Origin: a bacterium
GTDB taxonomy: Bacteria; Patescibacteriota; UBA1384; CAILIB01
Reading direction: 5' to 3'
NCBI GenBank assembly: GCA_037131105.1
Contig: JBAXRQ010000001.1
Coordinates: forward strand, 386,039-450,038
DNA: 64,000 bases
The notes under the pieces were generated by a model. The model worked only from the letters and a program-made list of their open reading frames with translations. It did no database searches and was not told where the DNA came from. Every line of letters starts with the position of its first letter. Position 1 is the stretch's first letter. The translations under genes were made by a program, and so were the position numbers. Shown piece after piece: positions 8,280 through 16,907 of the stretch.

Positions 8280-10246
8280 GCCTCCTCGGACGCCTTACTT
8301 TGGCCGCTTTCCAGCACAACCTCATCACTATGGGGGGTGTGGCTACCATGATCGGCGGGGTGATCGCCGTCGTGGTCATTATTACCTACTTCCATCGCTG
8401 GACCTGGCTCTGGACCGAGTGGCTGACCACTACCGACCATAAGAAGATAGGGGTGATGTACCTGGTGGTGGCCTTTGTCATGCTGCTGCGAGGAATAGGG
8501 GATGCCGTCATGCTCAGGGCCCAGCAGGTACTGGTAGGGTCGGGCCAAGGTTTTCTCTCAGCCGACCAGTTCCAGCAGGTCTTCTCAGCCCATGGCACCA
8601 TCATGATCTTCTTCGTAGCCATGGGACTGATGTTCGGCCTTTTGAACCTGATAGTGCCCCTGCAGATCGGCTCCCGCGACGTGGCTTTTCCCTTCCTGAA
8701 CTCCATGAGCTTCTGGCTCTATGTAGCAGGTGTCATACTTATTAATCTCTCGCTGATAGTGGGGGATTTTGCCGCAACAGGCTGGCTGGCCTACCCTCCC
8801 TTATCCGAGCTGGCCTATAGTCCGGGGGTGGGAGTAGATTATTGGATATGGAGCCTGCAGATAGCCGGTATCGGCAGCTTGGTCTCCGGCATCAACTTCC
8901 TGGTCACCATCCTGAAGGAGCGCTGCGAAGGCATGACCCTTATGAACATGCCGATATTCATCTGGTCAGTGCTTGGAAGCATGGCTCTGGTCATTACTGC
9001 TTTCCCTATTCTTACCGTGACCCTGACTCTCTTGGCCTTGGACCGTACCCTTGGCATGCACTTCTTTACAGCCGGGGGCGGGGGGAGTGCCATGATGTAC
9101 ATCAACCTGATCTGGGCCTGGGGACATCCTGAGGTATATATCCTGATACTGCCTGCCTTCGGGATATTTTCTGAGATAGTCGCGACCTTTTCCAAGAAGC
9201 GACTCTTCGGCTACGCCTCTATGGTCTGGGCCATCATCGCCATCACCTTCCTGTCCTTTACGGTCTGGCTGCACCACTTCTTCACCATGGGAGGCGGAGC
9301 TGACGTCAATGCCTTCTTCGGCATCATGACCGCCGTCATCGCCGTGCCTACCGGGGTAAAGGTCTTCAACTGGCTATTTACCATGTACCGTGGGCGCATC
9401 TCGCTGACTACCCCTATGTATTGGTTCCTGGGCTTTGTGGTGACCTTTACCATAGGCGGAATGACCGGGGTACTGATGGCGGTGCCACCTATAGACTTCC
9501 AGGTGCACAACAGTCTCTTCTTAGTGGCGCACTTCCATAATATGATTATCGGCGGGGTAGTCTTCGGGTATTTCTGTGGCTTTACCTACTGGTTCCCTAA
9601 GTTTACCGGGTTCAAGCTGAATGAGCGCCTGGGAAGGTACGCCTTCTGGTGCTGGCTGGTAGGCTTCCTGCTGGCCTTCGTTCCTCTGTATATCCTGGGG
9701 ATCATGGGCGCTACGAGGCGTCTGGACAGCTACGACCCTTCGATGGGTTGGCAGAGCCTGTTCATAGTGGCGGGGGTTGGGGTGCTGGTGATCTTAGCAG
9801 GAGTAGGCTTCCAAGTGCTGCAGATCGCCGTGAGTATCTACTTGCGCAAGCAGAACCTGGATACTACTGGGGATCCCTGGGACGGGCGCACCTTGGAGTG
9901 GTCCACTAGCTCGCCGCCGCCGTTCTATAACTTTGCAGTGCTGCCTAACGTCGATGAGCGCGATCCGTTCTGGGAAGCCAAGCAGGCCGGAACTGCGCAT
10001 GAAAAGCCTGTTTATGAGGATATCCATATGCCCAAGAATACCGCTATAGGCATATATATAGCCGCTGCCTTTTTCTGCATCTCCTTTGGCATGGTCTGGC
10101 ATATGTTCTGGCTGTCAGTACTGGCTTTGCTGGCGGTCATCCTGCTTGTCATACTTCGTATGTCAGATGATGATACCGGTATGATCATCCCGGCAGCAGA
10201 AGTGGAAAGGATAGAGTCTGCCCGAATCCATAAGACCCAGTCATGA
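8276..10246 (+). CDS. cyoB: Quinol oxidase subunit I (heme-copper oxidase catalytic subunit)
   Basis: A 12+ TM protein with [24 protein letters not shown] and [17 protein letters not shown]. Its start overlaps the cyoA stop (ATGA). Confidence 0.9.
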   Translation: MSLLGRLTLAAFQHNLITMGGVATMIGGVIAVVVIITYFHRWTWLWTEWLTTTDHKKIGVMYLVVAFVMLLRGIGDAVMLRAQQVLVGSGQGFLSADQFQQVFSAHGTIMIFFVAMGLMFGLLNLIVPLQIGSRDVAFPFLNSMSFWLYVAGVILINLSLIVGDFAATGWLAYPPLSELAYSPGVGVDYWIWSLQIAGIGSLVSGINFLVTILKERCEGMTLMNMPIFIWSVLGSMALVITAFPILTVTLTLLALDRTLGMHFFTAGGGGSAMMYINLIWAWGHPEVYILILPAFGIFSEIVATFSKKRLFGYASMVWAIIAITFLSFTVWLHHFFTMGGGADVNAFFGIMTAVIAVPTGVKVFNWLFTMYRGRISLTTPMYWFLGFVVTFTIGGMTGVLMAVPPIDFQVHNSLFLVAHFHNMIIGGVVFGYFCGFTYWFPKFTGFKLNERLGRYAFWCWLVGFLLAFVPLYILGIMGATRRLDSYDPSMGWQSLFIVAGVGVLVILAGVGFQVLQIAVSIYLRKQNLDTTGDPWDGRTLEWSTSSPPPFYNFAVLPNVDERDPFWEAKQAGTAHEKPVYEDIHMPKNTAIGIYIAAAFFCISFGMVWHMFWLSVLALLAVILLVILRMSDDDTGMIIPAAEVERIESARIHKTQS

Positions 10247-10830
10247 GCGAGCACACCCTTCTACGTCAGGAGCATTCGGACTCCACCGCCGTCTTTGGCT
10301 TCTGGGTCTACCTGATGACTGACTGCGTGCTGTTCGCGGCTCTGTTTGCCGTCTACGCGGTGCTGCGGACCGGTACCTTCGGTGGGCCGGGCGGGTCTGA
10401 GATCTTCAACCTGCCCAACATCCTGGTAGAGACCTTCCTGCTGCTCACCAGTAGCTATACCTGCGGACTGGCCATGCTGGCTGCCCATAAGGGGCGTCGA
10501 AACGAGGTGGTGGCCTGGTTCGGCGCTACCTTCGTCCTCGGATTTTCCTTTCTAGCGCTTGAGCTTTCCGAGTTCCACCAGCTTCTTCTGGACGGAAACG
10601 GTCCTGACCGCAGCGCGTTCCTGTCGTCCTACTTCACCTTGGTCGGTACCCATGGTCTCCACATAACCATCGGTCTACTCTGGATGCTGGTGCTGATGTC
10701 CCAGGTGCTTAAGCGGGGACTGAAGCCTATGACCTTGAACCGTCTGGCCTTACTCAGCCTCTTCTGGCATTTCCTTGACCTGATCTGGATCTTCATATTT
10801 ACCATCGTTTACCTGATGGGAGCCAAATGA
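10243..10830 (+). CDS. cyoC: Quinol oxidase subunit III
   Basis: A five-TM COX3-family protein. Its start overlaps the cyoB stop (ATGA). Confidence 0.8.
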   Translation: MSEHTLLRQEHSDSTAVFGFWVYLMTDCVLFAALFAVYAVLRTGTFGGPGGSEIFNLPNILVETFLLLTSSYTCGLAMLAAHKGRRNEVVAWFGATFVLGFSFLALELSEFHQLLLDGNGPDRSAFLSSYFTLVGTHGLHITIGLLWMLVLMSQVLKRGLKPMTLNRLALLSLFWHFLDLIWIFIFTIVYLMGAK

Positions 10831-11192
10831 GCATACCCAAGCACCATCTTCCTGCCGAAGGGAACCTGGCCTCGTATACTGCGGGTTTCCTGCTTTCGGT
10901 GATACTTTCCGGGGCCGCCTATCTGGCGGTGGAGCAGGGGCTGGTAGCCGGCACTCAGCTGATAGTGATGTTGGTAGCCTTTGCCATTCTCCAGCTCATG
11001 GTGCAGCTGGTCTTCTTTCTGCACCTGGACACCGTCTCCTCGCGCTGGAAACTGCTCGTCTTCTTGTTTATGGCTATGGTAGTGGCTATTCTGGTAGGAG
11101 GAAGTATCTGGATCATGAATAATCTCAACTACAATATGTCTCCTGCCGCCACCAACTCCTTCATCATCCATGACGAGGGGGTTACCAAGTGA
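10827..11192 (+). CDS. cyoD: Quinol oxidase subunit IV
   Basis: A small three-TM protein in the operon position. Its start overlaps the cyoC stop (ATGA). Confidence 0.7.
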   Translation: MSIPKHHLPAEGNLASYTAGFLLSVILSGAAYLAVEQGLVAGTQLIVMLVAFAILQLMVQLVFFLHLDTVSSRWKLLVFLFMAMVVAILVGGSIWIMNNLNYNMSPAATNSFIIHDEGVTK

Positions 11193-12058
11193 ATCTCAAA
11201 GGAACTCTGAAGGCCTATTACGTCCTGGCCAAACCCGGTATCATCTACGGAAACCTCATTACCGCTTTGGCCGGTTTCTTTTTGGCTTCAGACGGGCATA
11301 TCCAGTTCGGAGTGCTACTGGCAATGGCGGTAGGTACATCTTTGGTGATGGGCTCGGGCTGCGTGTTCAATAACTATATGGACCGGCGCATCGACGCCCT
11401 GATGGCCCGAACCAAGCAGCGGGCCCTGGTGACCAAGACTATCTCAAAGGGGGCGGCGCTTACCTATGGGACGGTGCTGGGCTTTCTGGGAGCTGCCATC
11501 CTGGCCTACTGGACCAATCCGCTTGCCGCATCAGTAGCGGTGGCCGGCTGGATACTTTATGTGCTGGTATACGGCATCGCCAAGCGGCGCACCGTGCACG
11601 GGACTCTGATCGGCAGCATCTCAGGAGCGGTGCCTCCGGTGATCGGATACGTGGCGGTTAGCAACCGTCTGGATCTGGCCGCCTTTTTGCTCTTCCTGAT
11701 GCTGGTGTTCTGGCAGATGCCCCATTTCTACGGCATCGCCATGTACCGGCTGCATGACTACGCTGAAGCTAAGATCCCGGTACTCCCGGTAGTAAAGGGT
11801 ATGCGGGCAGCCAAAGTACAGAGCCTGGTCTATATTATTCTCTTTGGCCTCGCCGCCGCCTCGCCGACTATCTACGGCTACACCGGCTATATCTACCTGG
11901 CGGTGATGGCGGTGCTTTCACTGGCCTGGCTGCGGGTGGCCCTTACCGACTTCAATGGGAAGTTCGATGCGGTCTGGGGTCGCAAGGTGTTCAGATTCTC
12001 GCTGGTGCTTATTACCGCTCTGAGTGTTATGATCTCTATAGGCGGGATACTGCCGTAG
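11189..12058 (+). CDS. cyoE: Protoheme IX farnesyltransferase (heme O synthase)
   Basis: A UbiA-family protein with NNYMDRRIDALMARTKQRAL. It starts at a GTG that overlaps the cyoD stop. Confidence 0.85.
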   Translation: MNLKGTLKAYYVLAKPGIIYGNLITALAGFFLASDGHIQFGVLLAMAVGTSLVMGSGCVFNNYMDRRIDALMARTKQRALVTKTISKGAALTYGTVLGFLGAAILAYWTNPLAASVAVAGWILYVLVYGIAKRRTVHGTLIGSISGAVPPVIGYVAVSNRLDLAAFLLFLMLVFWQMPHFYGIAMYRLHDYAEAKIPVLPVVKGMRAAKVQSLVYIILFGLAAASPTIYGYTGYIYLAVMAVLSLAWLRVALTDFNGKFDAVWGRKVFRFSLVLITALSVMISIGGILP

Positions 12059-12076
12059 CAATTCGTAACAATTCAT

Positions 12077-12334
12077 ATGCCGATACTTCTGCACGTACTG
12101 ATTGCCTTGGCCAGCGTCGCTTATACTACGTATCTGTTCTTCTTCCCAACCCAGAAGGGGCTGCAGCTGGCCCAGGCTTTGGTGGGTCTTACCCTGATTT
12201 CCGGGACCTATCTCGTCATAATCATGCCCGCCCATATGGTGCAGAGCTGCCTTACCGGCCTTGCCTACATAGGATTCGTAGCGGTCGGCTTAGTACTTGC
12301 CAAACATCGTCTTGTAGAGCAAAACACAAATTAG
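12077..12334 (+). CDS. Small two-TM membrane protein (hypothetical), last gene of the cyo operon
   Basis: An 85-aa hydrophobic ORF 19 nt after cyoE. Confidence 0.4.
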   Translation: MPILLHVLIALASVAYTTYLFFFPTQKGLQLAQALVGLTLISGTYLVIIMPAHMVQSCLTGLAYIGFVAVGLVLAKHRLVEQNTN

Positions 12335-12357
12335 TAGCTCCAGAAGCCAATAAGGTA

Positions 12358-12386
12358 TTGACATTGGCGCGCTTTTCTGGTTAAAT
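12358..12386 (+). promoter_or_regulatory. Near-consensus sigma70 promoter (TTGACA-17-TTAAAT)
   Basis: TTGACA at 12358-12363, a 17-nt spacer, TTAAAT at 12381-12386. A roughly 70-nt structured leader with AGGAGTAAGAG precedes the ATG at 12463. Confidence 0.55.
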
Positions 12387-12462
12387 GCTCTCGATAGATT
12401 GTGACCTAAGGAAACGCACGCACCGAGAGGTGCGGCCATTTCCCGGTCAAGAGGAGTAAGAG

Positions 12463-13047
12463 ATGAAGAGCTGGAAAATGGGCGCATTCGCGCTCGGTAT
12501 TGGCCTTACGGCCGTGAGTATGTTTCTGACACCGACAGCGCGCGCGGCCGACGACGTCTCCACCAATGCGGTGGCTGCGACGATGACTACGCCGCCGCCA
12601 TTGCCGCCGGTGATCCAGGCGTTCCTCGGGACAACGGTCAGCCCGGAGCCCAACAAAAGCATGGGGGTGCCGGTCGCCTCCGGCGACACAACCGCCAAGT
12701 TCCCGCTCATGTTTAAACTGCGCCTGGGCGGCTCCGACTTTGCCGCATCGCAATACGTTGTTTATGCCCAGCTCATGGCTGCGGTCAAAAACAGTGCCGG
12801 TGCGATCACAGGCTGGACACCGGTCCCCGGCGCCAGGATCACGGCTTCCAACGTGCCGGCAGCGCCCGGCATGGTGAGCACCTGGAAACAAGCCTACGCC
12901 AATGCTTGGAATGCTCCGGACAACACCTACAAATGGACGTTGACCGTCATCTGCGGCGTTGCGCTCGCTCCGATCGACTCCGGATGGATGGTCAAGACAA
13001 CGGTGCCTCCGGCACCGACGTCCGCTACCATTCCACAGGTCGGCTAA
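12463..13047 (+). CDS. Secreted protein of unknown function (signal peptide, Pro-rich N-terminus)
   Basis: MKSWKMGAFALGIGLTAVSMFLTPTARA|ADD is a signal peptide. The gene has a good promoter and RBS upstream and a terminator downstream. I recognise no family. Confidence 0.6.
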   Translation: MKSWKMGAFALGIGLTAVSMFLTPTARAADDVSTNAVAATMTTPPPLPPVIQAFLGTTVSPEPNKSMGVPVASGDTTAKFPLMFKLRLGGSDFAASQYVVYAQLMAAVKNSAGAITGWTPVPGARITASNVPAAPGMVSTWKQAYANAWNAPDNTYKWTLTVICGVALAPIDSGWMVKTTVPPAPTSATIPQVG

Positions 13048-13072
13048 AATGTGCAAGGGCGAAAGTCCCAAC

Positions 13073-13104
13073 GGGCGCGCGGATCTGATCCGCGCGCCTT
13101 TTGC
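13073..13104 (+). terminator. Rho-independent terminator (GGCGCGCGGATC..GATCCGCGCGCC then TTTTGC)
   Basis: An 11-12-bp GC stem followed by a T-run, directly after the secreted-protein gene. Confidence 0.55.
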
Positions 13105-13156
13105 ATTTCTGCCGATACAAAGCGAAAGCGCCGACCCTCCTCCTGGGGGTCGGCGC
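13105..13156 (-). terminator. Terminator for the minus-strand egtD-like gene (AGCGCCGACCC/GGGTCGGCGCT hairpin)
   Basis: An 11-bp perfect stem at 13126-13156. On the minus strand it is followed by GCUUUCGCUUUGUAUC. Confidence 0.45.
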
Positions 13157-13173
13157 TTGCAAATTCATGGAGA

Positions 13174-14127
13174 TCAGTCCTTGATGGCAACTACGAGGCT
13201 GCACAGATTCTCTGGATCCGAGAAGCTTTTGACAGTCACCAACTGGTGCCGGCAGAGCAAGGCCCGGAAATCCGGTTCGTACCACTTTTTTGAGCGTGAG
13301 ATGGTGATAGGCTCGTTCTTGTCGATCTCGACAGCTATATCCAGATCGTTGATCCGGACGGTATGGCGCCTACGGCTTACCATATCCATATGCACGGTTC
13401 CCTCATCGTCTATCCAGGGACGGTAGTCGAAGTTCTCGCGACGGAAGCTGCCACCGTACTGCTCGTTCACCTGCTGCAAAGCATTCCAGATGAAGGCAGC
13501 TGTGATGCCCCCGGGATCATTGTAGGCGGCCAGGATGCGCGGATCGCCGGGACTCCGGCTGTGGTATCCCACCAACATGGCGTCACCGATTTTCAGTAAG
13601 GATGCCATGTAGGCCACGTTTTGGACTGGGTCACCGTTCCCGACGCTTCCACCCAAATCAAGGTGGACACGATACTGGCGGTTGTTGAGTCGAAGTGCGG
13701 CCAGGGCTTCCATTCCACAGCCCTCGATGAGCCTAAAGCCATTGGTTCCGCCGATAGGATAGGGAGGATGCTGACGGAAGGCAGCCAGGGAATCGGCGGA
13801 GAAGTCGGCTCCGACGTAATCGATAGGCAGTCCCTTGGCTGCCAAAGCCTCCAATACGTAGCGTGTCTTTCCTCCGGTGCAGCAGCCAAGCTCGGTGACG
13901 AGCAGGCTGGTGCAGTTAAAGAGCTGGGACTCCTCTACGACCCTGGCTGCCAATGCGGGAGAATGCGTCTTCAGGATTTTCAATTCGGCTCTGCCCTGGT
14001 AGTAGGCGTCCATCGCGGCAATCTGTGGAAACAGGTTGTCTCCATGGTATGACAAGCCAGAAGGCAGCCACTTGCCGGTTGGTTGGCCAAGGCCGGTACG
14101 TATCTGCTGGGCAAAACTATGTAACAT
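13174..14127 (-). CDS. egtD: L-histidine N-alpha-methyltransferase-like (EgtD family, SAM-dependent)
   Basis: LVTELGCCTGGKTRYVLEAL matches EgtD LVELGSGTSEKTRMLLDAM. LDLGGSVGNGDP matches FLGSTIGNLTP. GGITAAFIWNALQQVN matches AGVTAAFNRNVLAVVN. A GAAGGAAAG RBS precedes the start. Confidence 0.65.
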   Translation of the reverse strand: MLHSFAQQIRTGLGQPTGKWLPSGLSYHGDNLFPQIAAMDAYYQGRAELKILKTHSPALAARVVEESQLFNCTSLLVTELGCCTGGKTRYVLEALAAKGLPIDYVGADFSADSLAAFRQHPPYPIGGTNGFRLIEGCGMEALAALRLNNRQYRVHLDLGGSVGNGDPVQNVAYMASLLKIGDAMLVGYHSRSPGDPRILAAYNDPGGITAAFIWNALQQVNEQYGGSFRRENFDYRPWIDDEGTVHMDMVSRRRHTVRINDLDIAVEIDKNEPITISRSKKWYEPDFRALLCRHQLVTVKSFSDPENLCSLVVAIKD

Positions 14128-14167
14128 GATCTTTCCTTCAAACTGTTCGCTTCAGCGGTAGGCGTCA

Positions 14168-14196
14168 GCGTGGTGGCATAGTAGCTGAAAACAGCC
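14168..14196 (-). promoter_or_regulatory. Candidate promoter for the egtD-like gene (TAGACA-17-TACTAT on the minus strand)
   Basis: Read on the minus strand: TAGACA, 17 nt, TACTAT, about 35 nt upstream of the ATG. Confidence 0.3.
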
Positions 14197-14840
14197 ATAT
14201 TGTCTAGGGCTTTCCCCTTATTCGACGGGACTTTGCATTGTTTGCTATACAAGAGCGTAGAGGAGTGACGTATGCGATGCTCCTGCTGCGCTCGGGACTG
14301 TAACCGGCGCCTAGTCACCTTGTCCATGTTTGAAGGGAGGTGTACCTATTGTTGAAGGAAATGACCTGCGTTGCAGGTGTTTGCGGCAAATAAAGTGGTT
14401 TATGTATGCTCGGGATTTTGATGCCGAGCTATAGCAGCTCAGCGTGGGCGGCCGCCTACTATGAGCAGCGCAACTTCCGCCACTTCGGCTGACCGTGCCG
14501 AACGGCAGCGCCTGGCAAGCGCGATGTGTAGCCGCATAGGCGCATTACGCAGGATTATCCTGCAGCCGCCTGAGTAACCCAGGACCACGATTCGGCGCAC
14601 TTCGTAGTCTGCGCCCGTTCGCCCTACTCCGGGACCCAGACATCCCGCGTGTGTCCCTAGTCCGATCAGTGCCCACCTTTCACCACGGAGGCCTGAACAG
14701 GAAAACTGAAAAGGAGTCCCATTTGACTAAGCGTTTTGTCGTCATCACCCTCTGATCCTTTCGCCTCGTACAAACTAGGATCAGCAGTATCCCTCCAGAT
14801 ACCAGCACCGCACCGGGTTTCCCGGTGCGGTGATTGCTTT

Positions 14841-15731
14841 TTATACAGCTACTTTTGCGCAGTTCTCCGAGCAATAGGCGGTCTCATTCTTGGGAGAGCA
14901 GTCACGGCAGCTAATGAAGTGCAGATGACAGTTCAAGTTGGCGCAGTTTACGTAGCGCTCTGAAGGCGTACCACAGAGGTGGCAGCGGCCTACGGTCACG
15001 TACTCGGGTGCTTTGTCGTCGCCGACACCCATTACTATCCGTCCGTCAAACACATAGAGCTTGCCGTGGAAGCGGCTGTTCGGGTATTTTTCCATGTACG
15101 ACACGATGCCTCCGTCAAGCTGGTAGACATCGGTGAAGCCGTTCTTGAGCAGATAGCCTGAGGCTTTCTCGCAGCGTACGCCGCCGGTGCAGACGGTGAC
15201 CACGGTCTTTTCACGCAGGTGCTCTACATGGGGAAGGACTTCTGGGAGATTGCGGAAGTTTGAAAGGGGAGGCAGTACTGAACCTTCGAAGTGGCCGACG
15301 GCATGCTCGTAGTCGTTACGCATGTCTACAATATGAAACTCGCGGCCCTCATTGAACCAGGACTGCAGGTCGTCCGGGGAGAGGTGGGTGGCAGTGGTCT
15401 CTACCGGATTTACATCGTGCTCGCCCAGATGTCCGCTGACGATCTCAGGGCGCAGCTTCACCGAGAGCTTGGGGAAGGCCTCACCGGTTCCCTCGCTCTT
15501 CTTCCAATGAATGTCGACAAAGCGGGGGTCGGCACTGGTTTCCTTTATATACGCCTCGGTGTTCTCAAGAGTGCCCTCGACGGTGCCATTCAGTCCCTCG
15601 TGGCCGATGAGGATGCGCCCGCGCAGCCTCAAGGACTGGCAGAGCTCTTTCTGAGCTTGTACCAAGGCCGCCGGGTCGTCGATCCTGACGTATTTATAGT
15701 AGAGAAGAATCTGGTGGTCCATAGGCTGCAT
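14841..15731 (-). CDS. trhO: Rhodanese-domain tRNA uridine(34) hydroxylase (TrhO/YceA, UPF0176)
   Basis: LLYYKY, GRILIGHEGLNGT, FHIVDMRNDYEHAVGHFEG, CTGGVRCEKASGYLLKNGF, and a C-terminal Cys-rich CHLCGTPSERYVNCANLNCHLHFISCRDCS. Confidence 0.8.
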   Translation of the reverse strand: MQPMDHQILLYYKYVRIDDPAALVQAQKELCQSLRLRGRILIGHEGLNGTVEGTLENTEAYIKETSADPRFVDIHWKKSEGTGEAFPKLSVKLRPEIVSGHLGEHDVNPVETTATHLSPDDLQSWFNEGREFHIVDMRNDYEHAVGHFEGSVLPPLSNFRNLPEVLPHVEHLREKTVVTVCTGGVRCEKASGYLLKNGFTDVYQLDGGIVSYMEKYPNSRFHGKLYVFDGRIVMGVGDDKAPEYVTVGRCHLCGTPSERYVNCANLNCHLHFISCRDCSPKNETAYCSENCAKVAV

Positions 15732-15741
15732 AGTAGCAGAT

Positions 15742-16284
15742 TTAGGAGGCTTCGGCCAGGTCGCGCAGGGCAGAGACCGTCTTCCAGTTGCGAGTGGTGG
15801 CCGTTTGCTTGAGCTTCCGCTCGAAGAAGCCGTTATTCAGCTTGGTGCGCCCATAACCGCCGGGACAGTAAAGATAGATAGTCTTGCCCACGGCCTGCCA
15901 TTCGTCTTCTCCGCCTATATGCCTGTCGATGTCGGCAAGTAGAGCGGGATCGGGAGCAGCCTCTAGAAAGGTGGCGTAGAGCGCGTTGGTATCGATGTCT
16001 TCGCGACTGAGAAAGGGGTTGGCCAGGGCAGCGGACCTAAGCTCCTCGGCGGTAAGCACCAGTACGGGGAGGTCGAGCTTCCGGTCGGCAAGCAAGATAT
16101 CGTGGACGGCCTTTGAAGTATCCATAGAGGACAGGTCTGATGTGAAGACCGCATTGCCGCTCTGGAGGTAGGTCCTTACCTCTGTAAAGCCGGCCTTCGT
16201 AAGGGAGGCTGCGAAGTCAGGCATGGAGAGACGGTTGTGGGAGCCGAGGTTGATGCCTCGCAGCAGGCAGATGTAGGTGGTCAT
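15742..16284 (-). CDS. DUF1697-domain protein
   Basis: MTTYICLLRGINLGSHNRLSMPDFAASLTKAGFTEVRTYLQSGNAVF matches the DUF1697 signature (YIaLLRGINVGG..TYIqSGN). Confidence 0.7.
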   Translation of the reverse strand: MTTYICLLRGINLGSHNRLSMPDFAASLTKAGFTEVRTYLQSGNAVFTSDLSSMDTSKAVHDILLADRKLDLPVLVLTAEELRSAALANPFLSREDIDTNALYATFLEAAPDPALLADIDRHIGGEDEWQAVGKTIYLYCPGGYGRTKLNNGFFERKLKQTATTRNWKTVSALRDLAEAS

Positions 16285-16353
16285 AGGGCTAGTGTAGCAA
16301 ATTTTCAGCTCCTACCGTGTTCTGATATAACTAAGAAGGAGGTGAAAAGAGAT

Positions 16354-16803
16354 ATGAATGCACTGAAGGCAGAAGAGGGATGTAGGTGGGTTGTCATCAT
16401 AATCGGTGACGGGAGGGAGCCGTATTGCCTATGGAGAGTATGCATAGATCCTAGTGGAGCGACGACGTACGAAGCCCTACCCTGCGCTATACAGCCCGAC
16501 ACAAAGCCCCACCCTGATCATCCCGGGATGAAGCTTCTAATGCCCTATATAGGGAAAGATGGGTCTGCTCAGCCAAGTCCCTTCGGGAATGAGGAGCGAA
16601 GCGCCGTCGCCGCGATAGCCGCAACGCTCGCACGTATCGCCGTTTATCGACCGGACCTGCAGGTTACGAAATGGCTTGCAGCATGTATGCATGCCAGCAG
16701 AGTATCTGATACTCAGCTAAGGATTGCTGACAGATGGCCGTTGATGGCGCTTGCGAAGAGGTGGCCTGTCAACGGGGATCCGGGATATTTGCCCTACAAC
16801 TGA
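16354..16803 (+). CDS. Hypothetical protein
   Basis: An internal ATG at 16354 follows an AAGGAGGTG RBS. The longer ORF-track form overlaps the convergent DUF1697 gene. Confidence 0.45.
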   Translation: MNALKAEEGCRWVVIIIGDGREPYCLWRVCIDPSGATTYEALPCAIQPDTKPHPDHPGMKLLMPYIGKDGSAQPSPFGNEERSAVAAIAATLARIAVYRPDLQVTKWLAACMHASRVSDTQLRIADRWPLMALAKRWPVNGDPGYLPYN

Positions 16804-16892
16804 GAGCGACAAAGGACTCTCTTATTTGCGGACCCGGCGGCTGCTACACCGCCGGATTTCCTTTTGTCCTCACCCCGCCTCTTGCATCCCCG

Positions 16893-16901
16893 TGGTATAA
16901 T
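16893..16901 (+). promoter_or_regulatory. Extended -10 promoter (TGgTATAAT) positioned for leaderless transcription of the PcsB-like gene
   Basis: TATAAT at 16896-16901 with TG at 16893-16894. The ATG at 16908 sits exactly 7 nt downstream. There is no SD sequence. Confidence 0.45.
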
Positions 16902-16907
16902 GACGGC

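Noticed and set aside
12406-13071. 221-aa minus-strand ORF overlapping the secreted-protein gene
   Set aside because: The plus-strand gene has a promoter, RBS, signal peptide and terminator. The antisense ORF is Arg/His-rich GC3 noise.
14196-14240. Plus-strand GGGCUUUCCCCUUAUUCGACGGGACUUUGCA resembles the tmRNA 5' end (GGGGCUGAUUCUGGAUUCGACGGGAUUUGCG)
   Set aside because: No T-arm (GGUUCGAxUCC) and no complementary 3' acceptor strand (…AAAG(U/C)CCACCA) occur within 300-450 nt downstream on either strand. No plausible tag reading frame ending in hydrophobic residues plus stop was found. The 17/18 match is most likely chance, and it overlaps the putative egtD promoter.
16237-16353. Longer 188-aa form of the hypothetical gene starting at 16237
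   Set aside because: The extra N-terminus overlaps the convergent DUF1697 gene and has no RBS. The internal ATG at 16354 has a strong AAGGAGGTG RBS.
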